From an uncultured delta proteobacterium (GTDB lineage: Bacteria > Desulfobacterota > Binatia > Binatales > Binataceae), in NCBI GenBank assembly GCA_963808235.1, contig CAWEEQ010000004.1, forward strand, positions 1,344,001 through 1,408,000: a stretch of DNA of 64,000 nt. Reading direction: 5' to 3'. Position numbers and translations under genes: made by a program. Below are positions 54,270 through 64,000 of the stretch, piece after piece (the stretch's first letter is position 1; each line of letters begins with the position of its first letter). Under the pieces are notes generated by a model, which was not told the DNA's origin, did not search any database, and saw only the letters and a list, made by a program, of their open reading frames with translations.

Positions 54270-55580
54270 ATGGCAAACAAAAAAGTTGTCGTGGTTGGAG
54301 CGGGAATGGCGGGCCTGGCCGCGGCGTTTCGACTACGTCAAGGTGGCGCGCAAGTCACCGTGCTCGAATCGAGCGGGCGCGTCGGCGGCAGGATCTCCAC
54401 CGACTCGCGCGACGGCTACCTGATTGAGCGTGGCGCGCAGCTCATCACCAGCACCTATCGCAACGCGCTCGGCCTGGTGAAGGAACTCGGCATCGAGTCG
54501 CAACTGAAGCCGACCAGCCCATGGGTGGCGATCGTCAAAGACGGCATCCCGCGCCGCCTGCCCTCGGGCGCGAGGTTTCCACTCTACGCGGTGAGCACCG
54601 GACTGGTCAGCATCCCGGACCTGCTGCGCTTCATCTGGCATACGACGAAATTGCGCTGGCCACCGGTCGATAACTACGCGGCGTGGGCGGATTACGACGA
54701 TGAAGACACGGCGCGATGGTGCGCGCCGCGCTTCGGCCATGCAGCCGACTACCTGGTCGAACCGCTGGTCGCCGGCGGACTGCTCTGCAAAGTCGAGGAG
54801 ACTTCGCGCGCGATGACGCTCGCAACTCTCGCGTTGACCGACAACGGTCGCAGCAAGGAGATGACGCTCAGCCGCGGACTCGGCTCGCTGCCGGAGGCGA
54901 TGGCCACGAAGGTCGAGGTCAAGCTGGAGGCTCCGGTACAATCCGTGGAAGTCGATAACGATGGAGTCAGCGTGCGGCTCTCGGGCGAGCGTCTGCGCGC
55001 CGACTACGTGGTCCTCGCGACGACGGCGCCGATCGCGTCGCGCCTGTACTCCGGAGGCAACGAAGTCGAGCGGCGACTGATGGCGACTGAGTACTCATCG
55101 ACGATCAAGATAGGACTCGCGACCAGCCGTCATTGGCGCGATGAGCCGGCACTGAAGGACGTGTGGGGATTTCTGATCCCACGTCCCGATCGCAAGATGG
55201 TGGTTTCGGCCACGCTGGAATCCGCCAAGGGTGTCGAGCGAGTGCCGGACGGCGAGTTGATCAACCTGTTCATCGACTCTGATAGCGCAGACGCGATGAT
55301 GAATTCCTCCGACGACGAAATTCTCGCCGCGGTACTGCCCGACATCGAGCGATTCTTCCATGGCGCGACCAACACCAAGCGCTTCGCGGAAATCGTGCGA
55401 TTGCCCACTGCGCTGCCTAAATCTCCAGTCGGACGCAGCAAGGATCTCGCCGAGTATCGGCGGTCGGAGCATCGACGGTTGTTTCTGGCCGGCGACTACA
55501 TGGGGATGCCGCACTTCGAGTCGGCGATCGAGACGGGGATGTGGGCGGCGGATCGAATCCTCGGCGCCGCGCACGACTGA
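54270..55580 (+). CDS. FAD-dependent oxidoreductase (HemY/amine oxidase family)
   Basis: GAGMAG, VGGRI, LFLAGDY, ESAIETG. Confidence 0.82.
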   Translation: MANKKVVVVGAGMAGLAAAFRLRQGGAQVTVLESSGRVGGRISTDSRDGYLIERGAQLITSTYRNALGLVKELGIESQLKPTSPWVAIVKDGIPRRLPSGARFPLYAVSTGLVSIPDLLRFIWHTTKLRWPPVDNYAAWADYDDEDTARWCAPRFGHAADYLVEPLVAGGLLCKVEETSRAMTLATLALTDNGRSKEMTLSRGLGSLPEAMATKVEVKLEAPVQSVEVDNDGVSVRLSGERLRADYVVLATTAPIASRLYSGGNEVERRLMATEYSSTIKIGLATSRHWRDEPALKDVWGFLIPRPDRKMVVSATLESAKGVERVPDGELINLFIDSDSADAMMNSSDDEILAAVLPDIERFFHGATNTKRFAEIVRLPTALPKSPVGRSKDLAEYRRSEHRRLFLAGDYMGMPHFESAIETGMWAADRILGAAHD

Positions 55581-55587
55581 AGCCGAC

Positions 55588-56311
55588 ATGCGGTTCATAC
55601 CGGTATTATTCGCGTCGTTCACCCTGGTCTCGACCGGGCTTGGCGGTCTCGCGGCGATTCGATTGCGCGACCGGCTTCATCTGCTGCTGGGCTTCAGTTC
55701 GGGCGCGGTGCTGGCGGTGGCGCTATTCGATATATTGCCCGAGATTTTTTCGTTCGATCGCGGCGCCTCGTACATGCCGCTGGTCGCGGTCGGGTTCCTC
55801 TTCTTTTTCGCGCTCGAGCGCTACACGGCTCTTCACGGCGCCCGCGAACATCTGCACGAGCAGGAAGCTCATGAGCAGGAGCTTGGCGCGATCTCTGCCG
55901 CCGGTCTCGCGATGCATAGTTTTCTCGACGGGGTCGCGATCGGAATTGGATTTCAGACTAGCTCCGCGATGGGACTGCTGATCGCGCTCGGCGTTATCGC
56001 GCACGATTTCAGCGATGGCCTCAACACGGTGACAGTCGTACTGGCGCATCAGAATCCACTGCGGCGCGCGGTCTTCTGGCTGGTGATCGATATGCTGACG
56101 CCGGTTCTCGGCGCCGCGACTACTCTGGCATTCACACTGAGAGGCGGATTGCTACCGTGCCTGCTCGCATTCTTCGCGGGCTCGTTTCTTTATATCGGCG
56201 CCTCGGATCTGCTGCCGGAAGCGCGCGAGCACGACTCGCCATTGGTCGCCGCTCGCCACCTGCCTCGGGATGCTGATGATCTATCTGATCACCCGATTCC
56301 TGCGTACCTAA
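55588..56311 (+). CDS. ZIP-family metal transporter (+1 frameshift near 56250)
   Basis: HSFLDG, HDFSDG, His-rich loop, LLPEA; last TM helix restored by removing one C. Confidence 0.88.
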
Positions 56312-56331
56312 CAGGCTAACAGGCCAGTCGA

Positions 56332-57579
56332 TCACATATTCTCGACGATCGCTTTCCCGAACTCCGAGCATTTGAGCAGCTTCGCGCCGGTCATCAGCCG
56401 CTCGAAGTCGTAGGTCACCGTCTTGTTCGCGATTGTCTTTTCGAGTCCGCGGATGATGCCGTCGGCAACCTCCTGCCATCCCATGTGCTCGAACATCAGC
56501 ACGCCCGAAAGAATCACCGAGCCCGGGTTCACCTTGTCCTGATTGGCGTACTTGGGCGCGGTGCCGTGCGTCGCTTCGAAGATCGCGTGACCGGTCAGGT
56601 AGTTGATGTTGGCTCCAGGAGCGATTCCGATTCCACCGACCTGCGCCGCCAGCGCGTCGGAAATATAGTCGCCGTTCAGGTTCATGGTCGCGACCACGTC
56701 GAATTCATCGGGACGAGTGAGGATTTGCTGCAGCGTGATATCCGCGATCGCATCCTTGACCAGCAACTCGCCGGCGGGCGGCTTGCCGTTGCAATCGTCC
56801 CATCCCACCGCCTTGCCCTTGTACTCGCGGCGGACGAGTTCATAGCCCCAATCGCGGAACGCGCCCTCCGTGTACTTCATGATGTTGCCCTTATGGACCA
56901 TCGTGACGCTCTTGCGCTTGTGGGCGATCGCATATTCCAGCGCGGCGCGAATCAGGCGCTCCGAGCCTTCGCGCGAGATCGGCTTGATTCCGATCCCCGA
57001 AGTATTGGGGAAGCGGATTTTTTTCACGCCCATCTCGTCCTGCAAAAATTTGATTAGCTTCTTCGCTTCGGGCGATTCCGCCGGCCATTCGATTCCCGCG
57101 TAAATGTCCTCGGTGTTCTCGCGGAAGATCACGACGTCGAGTTTCTCGGGATGCTTGACCGGACTCGGCACGCCGGTGAAATAGCGCACCGGGCGAAGGC
57201 ATACGTAGAGGTCGAGCATCTGGCGCAGCGCGACGTTGAGCGAGCGGATCCCGCCGCCGATCGGAGTCGTGAGCGGTCCCTTGATCCCGACCAGGAACTC
57301 GCGGAACGCCTCGACGGTTTCATCGGGCAGCCACGTCTTCCACTGCGTGAAGGGCTTCTCGCCCGCGAACACTTCCATCCACGCGATCTTGCGCTTGCCG
57401 CCGTAAATTTTCTTGACCGCGTTGTCGAAGACGTACTGCGACGCGCGCCAGATATCGGGGCCGGTGCCATCGCCTTCGATAAACGGAATTATCGGCTGGT
57501 CAGGAACATTCAACTTGTGGCCGGCGCCAAGAGTGATCTTTTTGCCGTCGCTCGGAACCTTGATGTGCTCGTATGCCAT
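56332..57579 (-). CDS. icd: NADP-dependent isocitrate dehydrogenase
   Basis: [40 protein letters not shown]. Confidence 0.98.
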   Translation of the reverse strand: MAYEHIKVPSDGKKITLGAGHKLNVPDQPIIPFIEGDGTGPDIWRASQYVFDNAVKKIYGGKRKIAWMEVFAGEKPFTQWKTWLPDETVEAFREFLVGIKGPLTTPIGGGIRSLNVALRQMLDLYVCLRPVRYFTGVPSPVKHPEKLDVVIFRENTEDIYAGIEWPAESPEAKKLIKFLQDEMGVKKIRFPNTSGIGIKPISREGSERLIRAALEYAIAHKRKSVTMVHKGNIMKYTEGAFRDWGYELVRREYKGKAVGWDDCNGKPPAGELLVKDAIADITLQQILTRPDEFDVVATMNLNGDYISDALAAQVGGIGIAPGANINYLTGHAIFEATHGTAPKYANQDKVNPGSVILSGVLMFEHMGWQEVADGIIRGLEKTIANKTVTYDFERLMTGAKLLKCSEFGKAIVENM

Positions 57580-57812
57580 CGGTGTAGCTATTCGCCCCTA
57601 ATCGGTTTGTGTGATCGAGCGGGAAATTCAGGTGCGCACCATGGCGCCCCACCCCGCTCGCTTTGTGCAGCTATCATATAGCAATGGATTCGTGATGCCA
57701 GTATCGAAGATCGCTGCCAACTTCGTTCACGGTTGCGGGCCGATCGCGCTATAGTCTGTCGGCGAATTGATTTTCACGAATCGAGGCCGCGAGCTTCAAG
57801 CGGAGCATCACG

Positions 57813-59027
57813 ATGGACTTCACCTACACCCCGGAACAGGACAAATTTCGCGCCGAGCTGCGCGGATGGCTCGAAGAGAATTCTGCCGAAGCATTCGGGC
57901 GCAAGGGCGAGGGCCTCGGCGGCTCGACTGCGAGCCTGCTCGACGTTCGCGACGACGGCCGCTGGAATCAGCTCCTCGATTACCATCGGCGCCTCTACAA
58001 AGCCGGGTACATCGCGATGCACTGGCCCAAGGAATGGGGCGGCGGCGGCGCGAACATGATCGATCAATCGATTTACCAGGACGAAGTGTTGCGGCTCGGA
58101 CTCCCGCTCTACGGCGCCAATCAACTCGCGATCGATCGTATCGGCCCGACCATCATGCATCTCGGCACCGAGGCGCAGAAAAAGCGTCATCTCGCCCCGA
58201 TGCTCACCGGTGAACAGATTTGGTGCCAGGGTTATTCGGAGCCGGGCGCGGGCTCCGATCTCGCGGGCCTGAATACGCGCGCGGTGCTCGACGGCGACAC
58301 CTTCGTCGTCAACGGTCAAAAAGTGTGGACGAGTTTGGCGCATCGCGCCGATTGGCAAGTGCTGCTGGTCCGCACCGATCCGAGCGCCCCCAAGCACAAG
58401 GGGATTTCCTACCTGCTCGTCGATATGCACAGTCCGGGAATCACCGTGCGTCCGCTCGTGCAGATAACCGGCGACGCCGGCTTCAACGAAGTCTTTTACG
58501 ACAACGTGCGCGTGCCCAAGGAAAACCTGGTCGGCGATCTGAACGCGGGATGGCAGGTATCGATCGCGACCCTGATGTACGAGCGCGTCTCCGGCGGTAC
58601 CCGCCATCCGGTGGAGCGCACGATCGGCGAGCTGGTCGACCTCGCGAAGAAAGTCGATTTCGAGGGGAGGCCCGCGCGCGCGCATCCGTACGTCCGCCAA
58701 AAACTCGCGCAGTTCGCGACCGAGGCGCGATGCTTAAGACTCAGCCGCTACCGCTCGCTCTCGGCGCAGCTCAAAGGCAAAGTGCCCGGCGCGGAAAGCT
58801 CGTTCGGCAAGCTATTCGCGACGGAGCTCAATCTCCGAGTCGCGATGTTCGCCGACGAGATGCTCGGCGCGTTCGCCGGCGTTGAGTCTGGCAGTCCTGG
58901 CGCAGTCGAAGGCGGCCGCTGGATGCATCGCACGCTCGCGGCGCGCGGCCTCACTATCGCCGCGGGCTCGAGCGAGATTCAGCACAACATCATCGGCGAG
59001 CGCGTCCTGAAGTTGCCGAAGGGCTAG
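57813..59027 (+). CDS. Acyl-CoA dehydrogenase
   Basis: WCQGYSEPGAGSDLA, NGQKVWTS, FNEVF, AGSSEIQ. Confidence 0.93.
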   Translation: MDFTYTPEQDKFRAELRGWLEENSAEAFGRKGEGLGGSTASLLDVRDDGRWNQLLDYHRRLYKAGYIAMHWPKEWGGGGANMIDQSIYQDEVLRLGLPLYGANQLAIDRIGPTIMHLGTEAQKKRHLAPMLTGEQIWCQGYSEPGAGSDLAGLNTRAVLDGDTFVVNGQKVWTSLAHRADWQVLLVRTDPSAPKHKGISYLLVDMHSPGITVRPLVQITGDAGFNEVFYDNVRVPKENLVGDLNAGWQVSIATLMYERVSGGTRHPVERTIGELVDLAKKVDFEGRPARAHPYVRQKLAQFATEARCLRLSRYRSLSAQLKGKVPGAESSFGKLFATELNLRVAMFADEMLGAFAGVESGSPGAVEGGRWMHRTLAARGLTIAAGSSEIQHNIIGERVLKLPKG

Positions 59028-59515
59028 TGCGCCGAATCGAGCAGCTTCTGCAGATTGCTTGCGTCGCCACGATCGCTCGCGGTCTCACCGGCGCGATCGT
59101 AGAGGACGTTCCCTGCGCTATCGATCACCGCGATCGTCGGGATGTATCCATGATAGTAGCGCGCGATCAATCCGCGCTGTGCGAGTGACGGGCTTCTCAA
59201 ATCCACGACAACAAAGTGAATCTTGTCCTTGTATTGCGGATAGAGATGCACCAGCCGCTCCGCTTCGCGCGCAGTGTTCCAGCAGTTCGCGGTCCCGAAG
59301 AAAATAACCGTCGCGTGACCGCTCGCAAGAGAACCATCGGAAAGATTCTCCCCTACGATAGGAAAATTGGAACTCGAATCGTCGGTGAATGAAAGATCTG
59401 GTGCGAGCTTAAGGTCGGCGGCGGACCGCCGAGATTGCGCTGCGAGAGCGATACCGAACACCAGCGCGGCCACGATAGAAACCGCAAATGCGAGCGGCTT
59501 GATATTTCGCTTCAT
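59024..59515 (-). CDS. Secreted thioredoxin-fold protein (CxxT)
   Basis: Signal peptide; FGTANCWNT; HFVVVD; YIPT cis-Pro. Confidence 0.7.
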   Translation of the reverse strand: MKRNIKPLAFAVSIVAALVFGIALAAQSRRSAADLKLAPDLSFTDDSSSNFPIVGENLSDGSLASGHATVIFFGTANCWNTAREAERLVHLYPQYKDKIHFVVVDLRSPSLAQRGLIARYYHGYIPTIAVIDSAGNVLYDRAGETASDRGDASNLQKLLDSAH

Positions 59516-59578
59516 ATCACATTAACAAACCGGCGGGGTTATATGTTCCGAGGTGCCGCGCTTCTGGAGCGAGCTCGA

Positions 59579-60136
59579 ATGACGACGCGAAATAACATTA
59601 CCACGAATTCTTCTTACGGACCGGGCGGCGACGGCGCCGAAATCGGGTATTCGATCGTCGACTCGACGCTAGGCCGCCTGATTGTCGCGGGCACCCGTCA
59701 CGGACTCTGCTTCGCGGCGATGGGCGACTCGGATCGCGCGATGGTCTCCGAACTTCGTGCCGACTATCCGAAAGCCTCGATTCGCCGCGACGACTCTCTC
59801 GCAGGCCCATGGGCGCGTGCGATCGCGAAGTATCTCGCGGGACTCTCGCCGATGCCGACGCTGCCGCTCGATATTCGCGGCACTCCGTTTCAATTGTCAG
59901 TATGGGAGCAACTCCGCGCGATACCACGCGGCGAAACGCGCTCCTACTCCGAAATCGCGCGACGAATTGGACGCCCGCGCGCGATTCGCGCCGTCGGGAC
60001 CGCGAACGGCGCAAATCCCGTCTCGATCGTCATCCCATGCCATCGCGCGCTCCGCGCCTCGGGACATCTCGGCGGCTACCGATGGGGCCTCGAACGTAAG
60101 CGCCGCCTGCTGGAACTCGAAGCGACGCGCCAATAG
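59579..60136 (+). CDS. ogt: Methylated-DNA-protein-cysteine methyltransferase
   Basis: GTPFQ..VW, RAVG.A, IPCHR, GGYRWG. Confidence 0.92.
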   Translation: MTTRNNITTNSSYGPGGDGAEIGYSIVDSTLGRLIVAGTRHGLCFAAMGDSDRAMVSELRADYPKASIRRDDSLAGPWARAIAKYLAGLSPMPTLPLDIRGTPFQLSVWEQLRAIPRGETRSYSEIARRIGRPRAIRAVGTANGANPVSIVIPCHRALRASGHLGGYRWGLERKRRLLELEATRQ

Positions 60137-60199
60137 TCCGTGCTGGCTTTTGCGACGAGCGGTTGCCTATCATTTTGCCGCACGCAGTGGAGGCTCGTC

Positions 60200-61450
60200 A
60201 TGAAGCTCGGCGAGATCGATCTAACCGATCTGGACATGTTTGTCCGCGGCGAACAGTACGAAGCATGGCGCGTACTGCGCGCCGAAGCGCCCGTCTTCTG
60301 GCATGAGCGCACGCTGGGCGCCGGCTTCTGGTCGATCGCGCGCTACGACGACGCGCTCAACGTCTATCACACTCCCGAGACCTACAGTTCCGAGCGAGGC
60401 ATATCGCTGGTCTTCAGCGCCGCCGGCGCCAGCGAGGAACAATCCGGGTTCGGCCAGATGATGATCATGACCGACCCGCCGCGTCACGGGAAAATCCGCT
60501 CGCTGATCAACCGGCGCCTGACGCCACGCGCAGTCAACGAATTCGAACCGCACATCCGTCAGATCTCTTCAGATGTAATCGACGAGGTGATCGAAAAGGG
60601 GGAATGCGATTTCGTCGTGGACATCGCCGGCAAGCTTCCGACCGCCGTTATCTGCGACATGATGGGCATCCCGCGCGAATACTGGGACGTGATGTTCGCG
60701 CTCGGAAATCAATCGATTGGCACCGCCGACCCCGAGTATCAGCAAGGCCGCACAGCCGCAGAAACCGGGATGGCCGCCGAGGCGCAAATCTTCAGCTACT
60801 TCTCGAAGTGGATCGACGAGCGGCGCAAAAATCCCGGCGACGATCTGATCAGCGCGTTCGTCCACGGCGACGTTGACGGTGCAAGCCTCAACGACCTCGA
60901 AGTCCTCTTCAACTGCTTCCTGCTGATCATCGGCGGCCAGGAAACCACTCGCAACGCCACCTCCGGCGGAATCCTCGCGCTGGTCGAAAACCCCGCAGAG
61001 CGCACGAAGCTCAGGAACGATCCGTCGATGCTGACGGTCGCGATGGAAGAATTTCTACGCTGGACGAGCCCCGTCACTCACATCATGCGTACCGCGACGA
61101 AGGATACCGAGATCCGCGGCCAGCGGATTCGCGCTGGCGACAAGGTCGTCATCTGGAATGCGTCGGCGAATCGCGACGAGTCGATGTTTCCCCGTCCCGA
61201 CGTCTTCGACATCGCGCGGATGCCCAATGATCATCTCGCCTTCGGCCACGGCGAGCATTTTTGCATCGGCGCAAACCTCGCGCGCCTCGAGCTGCGCGTG
61301 ATGATCGAAGAAGTGATGCGCCGAATGCCGGATCTCGAGCTCGCCGGCCCGGTCGAGCGTCTGCGCTCCAACTTCGTCGCTGGCATCAAGCACATGCCGG
61401 TGAGATTTTCGGCAAACCGCGTCGCCGCCGCGACCACCGCTCGAACTTAG
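60200..61450 (+). CDS. Cytochrome P450 (CYP125/142-like)
   Basis: TDPPRH, GGQETT, EEFLR, FGHGEHFCIG. Confidence 0.95.
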   Translation: MKLGEIDLTDLDMFVRGEQYEAWRVLRAEAPVFWHERTLGAGFWSIARYDDALNVYHTPETYSSERGISLVFSAAGASEEQSGFGQMMIMTDPPRHGKIRSLINRRLTPRAVNEFEPHIRQISSDVIDEVIEKGECDFVVDIAGKLPTAVICDMMGIPREYWDVMFALGNQSIGTADPEYQQGRTAAETGMAAEAQIFSYFSKWIDERRKNPGDDLISAFVHGDVDGASLNDLEVLFNCFLLIIGGQETTRNATSGGILALVENPAERTKLRNDPSMLTVAMEEFLRWTSPVTHIMRTATKDTEIRGQRIRAGDKVVIWNASANRDESMFPRPDVFDIARMPNDHLAFGHGEHFCIGANLARLELRVMIEEVMRRMPDLELAGPVERLRSNFVAGIKHMPVRFSANRVAAATTART

Positions 61451-61462
61451 TCGCGCTACTCT

Positions 61463-62995
61463 TCAGTCCGCTGCTGCGTGTGCGATCGGCTCGGCCGGTT
61501 GCGCGATACGCTCGACAGCTCGCACCCGTGCCTTCTGATGATAGAGTGAGAGGTCCGCAAGGCGAGTTTCCCACCAATAGCGGATCGTGCTGCCTGACCA
61601 GTTATTTGTGATCCGCCCATCTTCGGTCTTGTACCAGCTCTTGCCGGTCGCGGCCCACACCGTCCGCTTAAGCTCCCGCTGCACGCGAGCGTCAAAGGAC
61701 TCCATCACGTCGCGGCTGAGATCGATCGACGCTAGCCCGCGCGAATCCATCTGCTCCAGGCATCCGAGAATGTAATTGGTCTGGCACTCGATCATGAAAA
61801 TGATCGAGTTGTGCCCGAGATTGGTATTCGGCCCGTACATCAGGAACAGGTTCGGAAACCCCGCAACCGTGATCCCGAGATAAGCCCGCGCCGCGCCATG
61901 CCACTCATCATTGAGAGATCGTCCGCCGACGCCTTTGATCTCCATCGGCGCCAGGAACGAGGTGGATTGGAAGCCGGTCGCCAGGATGATCACGTCGGCA
62001 GGAACGGCGCGCCCGTCTTTGGTGACGATCGCGTTTTCGGTCACGTGATCGATTCCACTCAACACCAATTCCACGTTCTCGCGGTTGAGCGCGGGAAAGT
62101 AATCGTCCGAGATCAGCATCCGCTTACCGCCGAACGGGTAGTCCGGCATCAGCGACTCCTGAAGCTTGGGATCCTTGACGGTCGTGCGCATGTAGTCCTC
62201 GGCCATCTTCTGCGTGCGAGTCACGAAAAACTTCACGCGCCGGAAGATCGGCCAATTGATCTCATGCAGACTATAGATGAACCATCGATACGCGAGCGCA
62301 AGCCCGCGATGGCGCGCGAAGCGCTCCTTCTCGGCTTCGGTGTATGCGCGATCTCCGCGCGGCACCATCCAGTTGGCGCTGCGCTGAAAGATACTGAGCT
62401 TGCGAACCTTCGGCGCGATCACCGGAACGAACTGGATCGCGCTCGCGGCGTTGCCGACCACCGCAACGTTACGATCAGTCAGGTCAACGTCGTGACGCCA
62501 TCGCGCGGAATGGAACGACACACCCTTGAAGTTCTCGAGGCCTTCGATTTTCGGAATCGCAGGACGATTGAGCTGCCCGGTCCCGCTCACCAGCACGTCG
62601 GCGACGATTTCCTCGCCAGCCGCTGTCTTCAACCGCCAAACGCTCTCGTCCGCATCCCACCGCGCACCCGCGATCTCGGTGTTGAAGCGGATGTGCCGCG
62701 CGAGATCGTACTTGCGCGCACAACTCTCCATGTACTCGAGGATTTCCGATTGTGGCGCCCACTTCCGCGACCAGTCGGTCTTCTGCTCGAACGAGAAGCA
62801 ATACGAAAACGCGGGTACGTCGCAGCATGCGCCCGGATAAGTGTTCTCGCGCCAGGTGCCGCCGATGCGCCCCGCTTTCTCGAAAATCGTGAAACTGTCG
62901 ACCCCGCGCTTCTTGAGTTGAATAGCGAGGCACAGCCCCGCGAACCCGGAGCCGATAATCGCGATACGCCGTGAACCGTCAGCGGACTTAATCAT
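61463..62995 (-). CDS. Baeyer-Villiger / flavin monooxygenase
   Basis: GSGFAG, GGTW..N.YPG, FKGVSFHSARW, ATGF. Confidence 0.93.
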   Translation of the reverse strand: MIKSADGSRRIAIIGSGFAGLCLAIQLKKRGVDSFTIFEKAGRIGGTWRENTYPGACCDVPAFSYCFSFEQKTDWSRKWAPQSEILEYMESCARKYDLARHIRFNTEIAGARWDADESVWRLKTAAGEEIVADVLVSGTGQLNRPAIPKIEGLENFKGVSFHSARWRHDVDLTDRNVAVVGNAASAIQFVPVIAPKVRKLSIFQRSANWMVPRGDRAYTEAEKERFARHRGLALAYRWFIYSLHEINWPIFRRVKFFVTRTQKMAEDYMRTTVKDPKLQESLMPDYPFGGKRMLISDDYFPALNRENVELVLSGIDHVTENAIVTKDGRAVPADVIILATGFQSTSFLAPMEIKGVGGRSLNDEWHGAARAYLGITVAGFPNLFLMYGPNTNLGHNSIIFMIECQTNYILGCLEQMDSRGLASIDLSRDVMESFDARVQRELKRTVWAATGKSWYKTEDGRITNNWSGSTIRYWWETRLADLSLYHQKARVRAVERIAQPAEPIAHAAAD

Positions 62996-63039
62996 AGAAA
63001 TACTATTAGTGGGGATCGCTGCGGATTACCAAACCAGCG

Positions 63040-63753
63040 TCACGAGATTCCTTGTATCGGCGAAGCCCATCGCGAGAATACCTCATCCGCGATTCTCTCC
63101 AGCGCCGGCGCGAACTCCGATGCGTCCGCGATCATCTTGTCGGGCGCGATCTTCTCCCGCTCCAAATCCTTCGCGAACGCCTCCGCCATCGCGCCGACTC
63201 CATCTCCAGTCACTTCGAAATGAAACTGGAAGCCCCACACCTTGTCGCCGTAACGAAATGCCTGGCATGGCGTTTTCTCCGACGACGCGAGCGATACCGC
63301 GCCCTTCGGCAACTCAAAAATGTCGCCATGCCAATGAAACGGCGTCAGCGTCTCCGGCAAATCGCAGCATAGACGATCCTGCTTCGCAGCGGCCGCGAGG
63401 CGAATCCGATGCCATCCGATTTCCTTCCCATTCGGATTGCGCTCGACCTTTGCGTCCAGCGCAGCCGCCACAATCTGCGCGCCCAGGCATACGCCGAGCA
63501 CCGGCAGATTTCGCGTGATCGCATCGTTGATCAGCGCCATCTCCTCGCGCAGCCACGGATAACGCTCGGTCTGATAAACGCCCATCGGCCCGCCCATCAC
63601 GATCAAACCGCCCGCCCCCTTCATGTCGTGCGGCACCGCTTGACCCTTATCGACCCGCACGTATTGCCATGCGAGCGCCGCACCCTCGAGCGCGTCGGCA
63701 ATCGTGCCGAGATTTTCCACCGCGTGATGCTGCAGCACATAAACTTTCGCCAT
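63040..63753 (-). CDS. Type 1 glutamine amidotransferase
   Basis: MGGPM, GVCLGAQ, WHGD, QFHFE. Confidence 0.92.
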   Translation of the reverse strand: MAKVYVLQHHAVENLGTIADALEGAALAWQYVRVDKGQAVPHDMKGAGGLIVMGGPMGVYQTERYPWLREEMALINDAITRNLPVLGVCLGAQIVAAALDAKVERNPNGKEIGWHRIRLAAAAKQDRLCCDLPETLTPFHWHGDIFELPKGAVSLASSEKTPCQAFRYGDKVWGFQFHFEVTGDGVGAMAEAFAKDLEREKIAPDKMIADASEFAPALERIADEVFSRWASPIQGIS

Positions 63754-64000
63754 TTGAGTGTCCCTTCAGAGACAGGATAGCTCACAAATGTGGTCTGGCA
63801 ACCATTTTACGATCGATCCGTCATCGATGCGCTGGCAATTTTCTCAGATTCATGGTTTGTCGTGACAGGGATTCATGTACAGAGTCGCTGCTACGATTTC
63901 TTGCGGCGTGATTGTGCTAAGTCTGGCAGGGTGCACTACGGTCCATCGTTCCCTGGCGCCCCAGAATATTCCGCCGACCGCGGCGGGCGATACTGATAAG

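Overview
This is a GC-rich bacterial chromosomal window. Gene content and style suggest a deltaproteobacteria-like soil bacterium such as Ca. Binatota (inference only). Most of it is housekeeping: MoxR/VWA pair, dgt, rlpA, recG, a pyrimidine operon (pyrR-pyrB-pyrC-carA-carB), lepA/lepB, cell-envelope sugar genes, mtnP, rlmN, ndk, a TCA cluster (mdh, mycobacterial Sdh1-type sdhCAB, sucCD), icd and lipid-oxidation genes. The standout is a 648-aa aspartate carbamoyltransferase that fuses PyrB, the PyrI zinc domain and a degenerate PyrR/PRTase domain. It lies downstream of a separate canonical pyrR and a clear PyrR attenuator, suggesting a new mode of allosteric ATCase control. Other points of interest are a 2.68-kb IS1595 element with passenger genes and an 8-bp TSD inserted in a palindrome, a wHTH-STAND regulator/cupredoxin/DUF4242 module with 11-bp-phased operator-like repeats, a cyclase-TM-hydrolase fusion, and REP-like hairpins around sucD with a duplicated sucD start. 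Five +1 frameshifts in conserved genes are probably sequencing errors.
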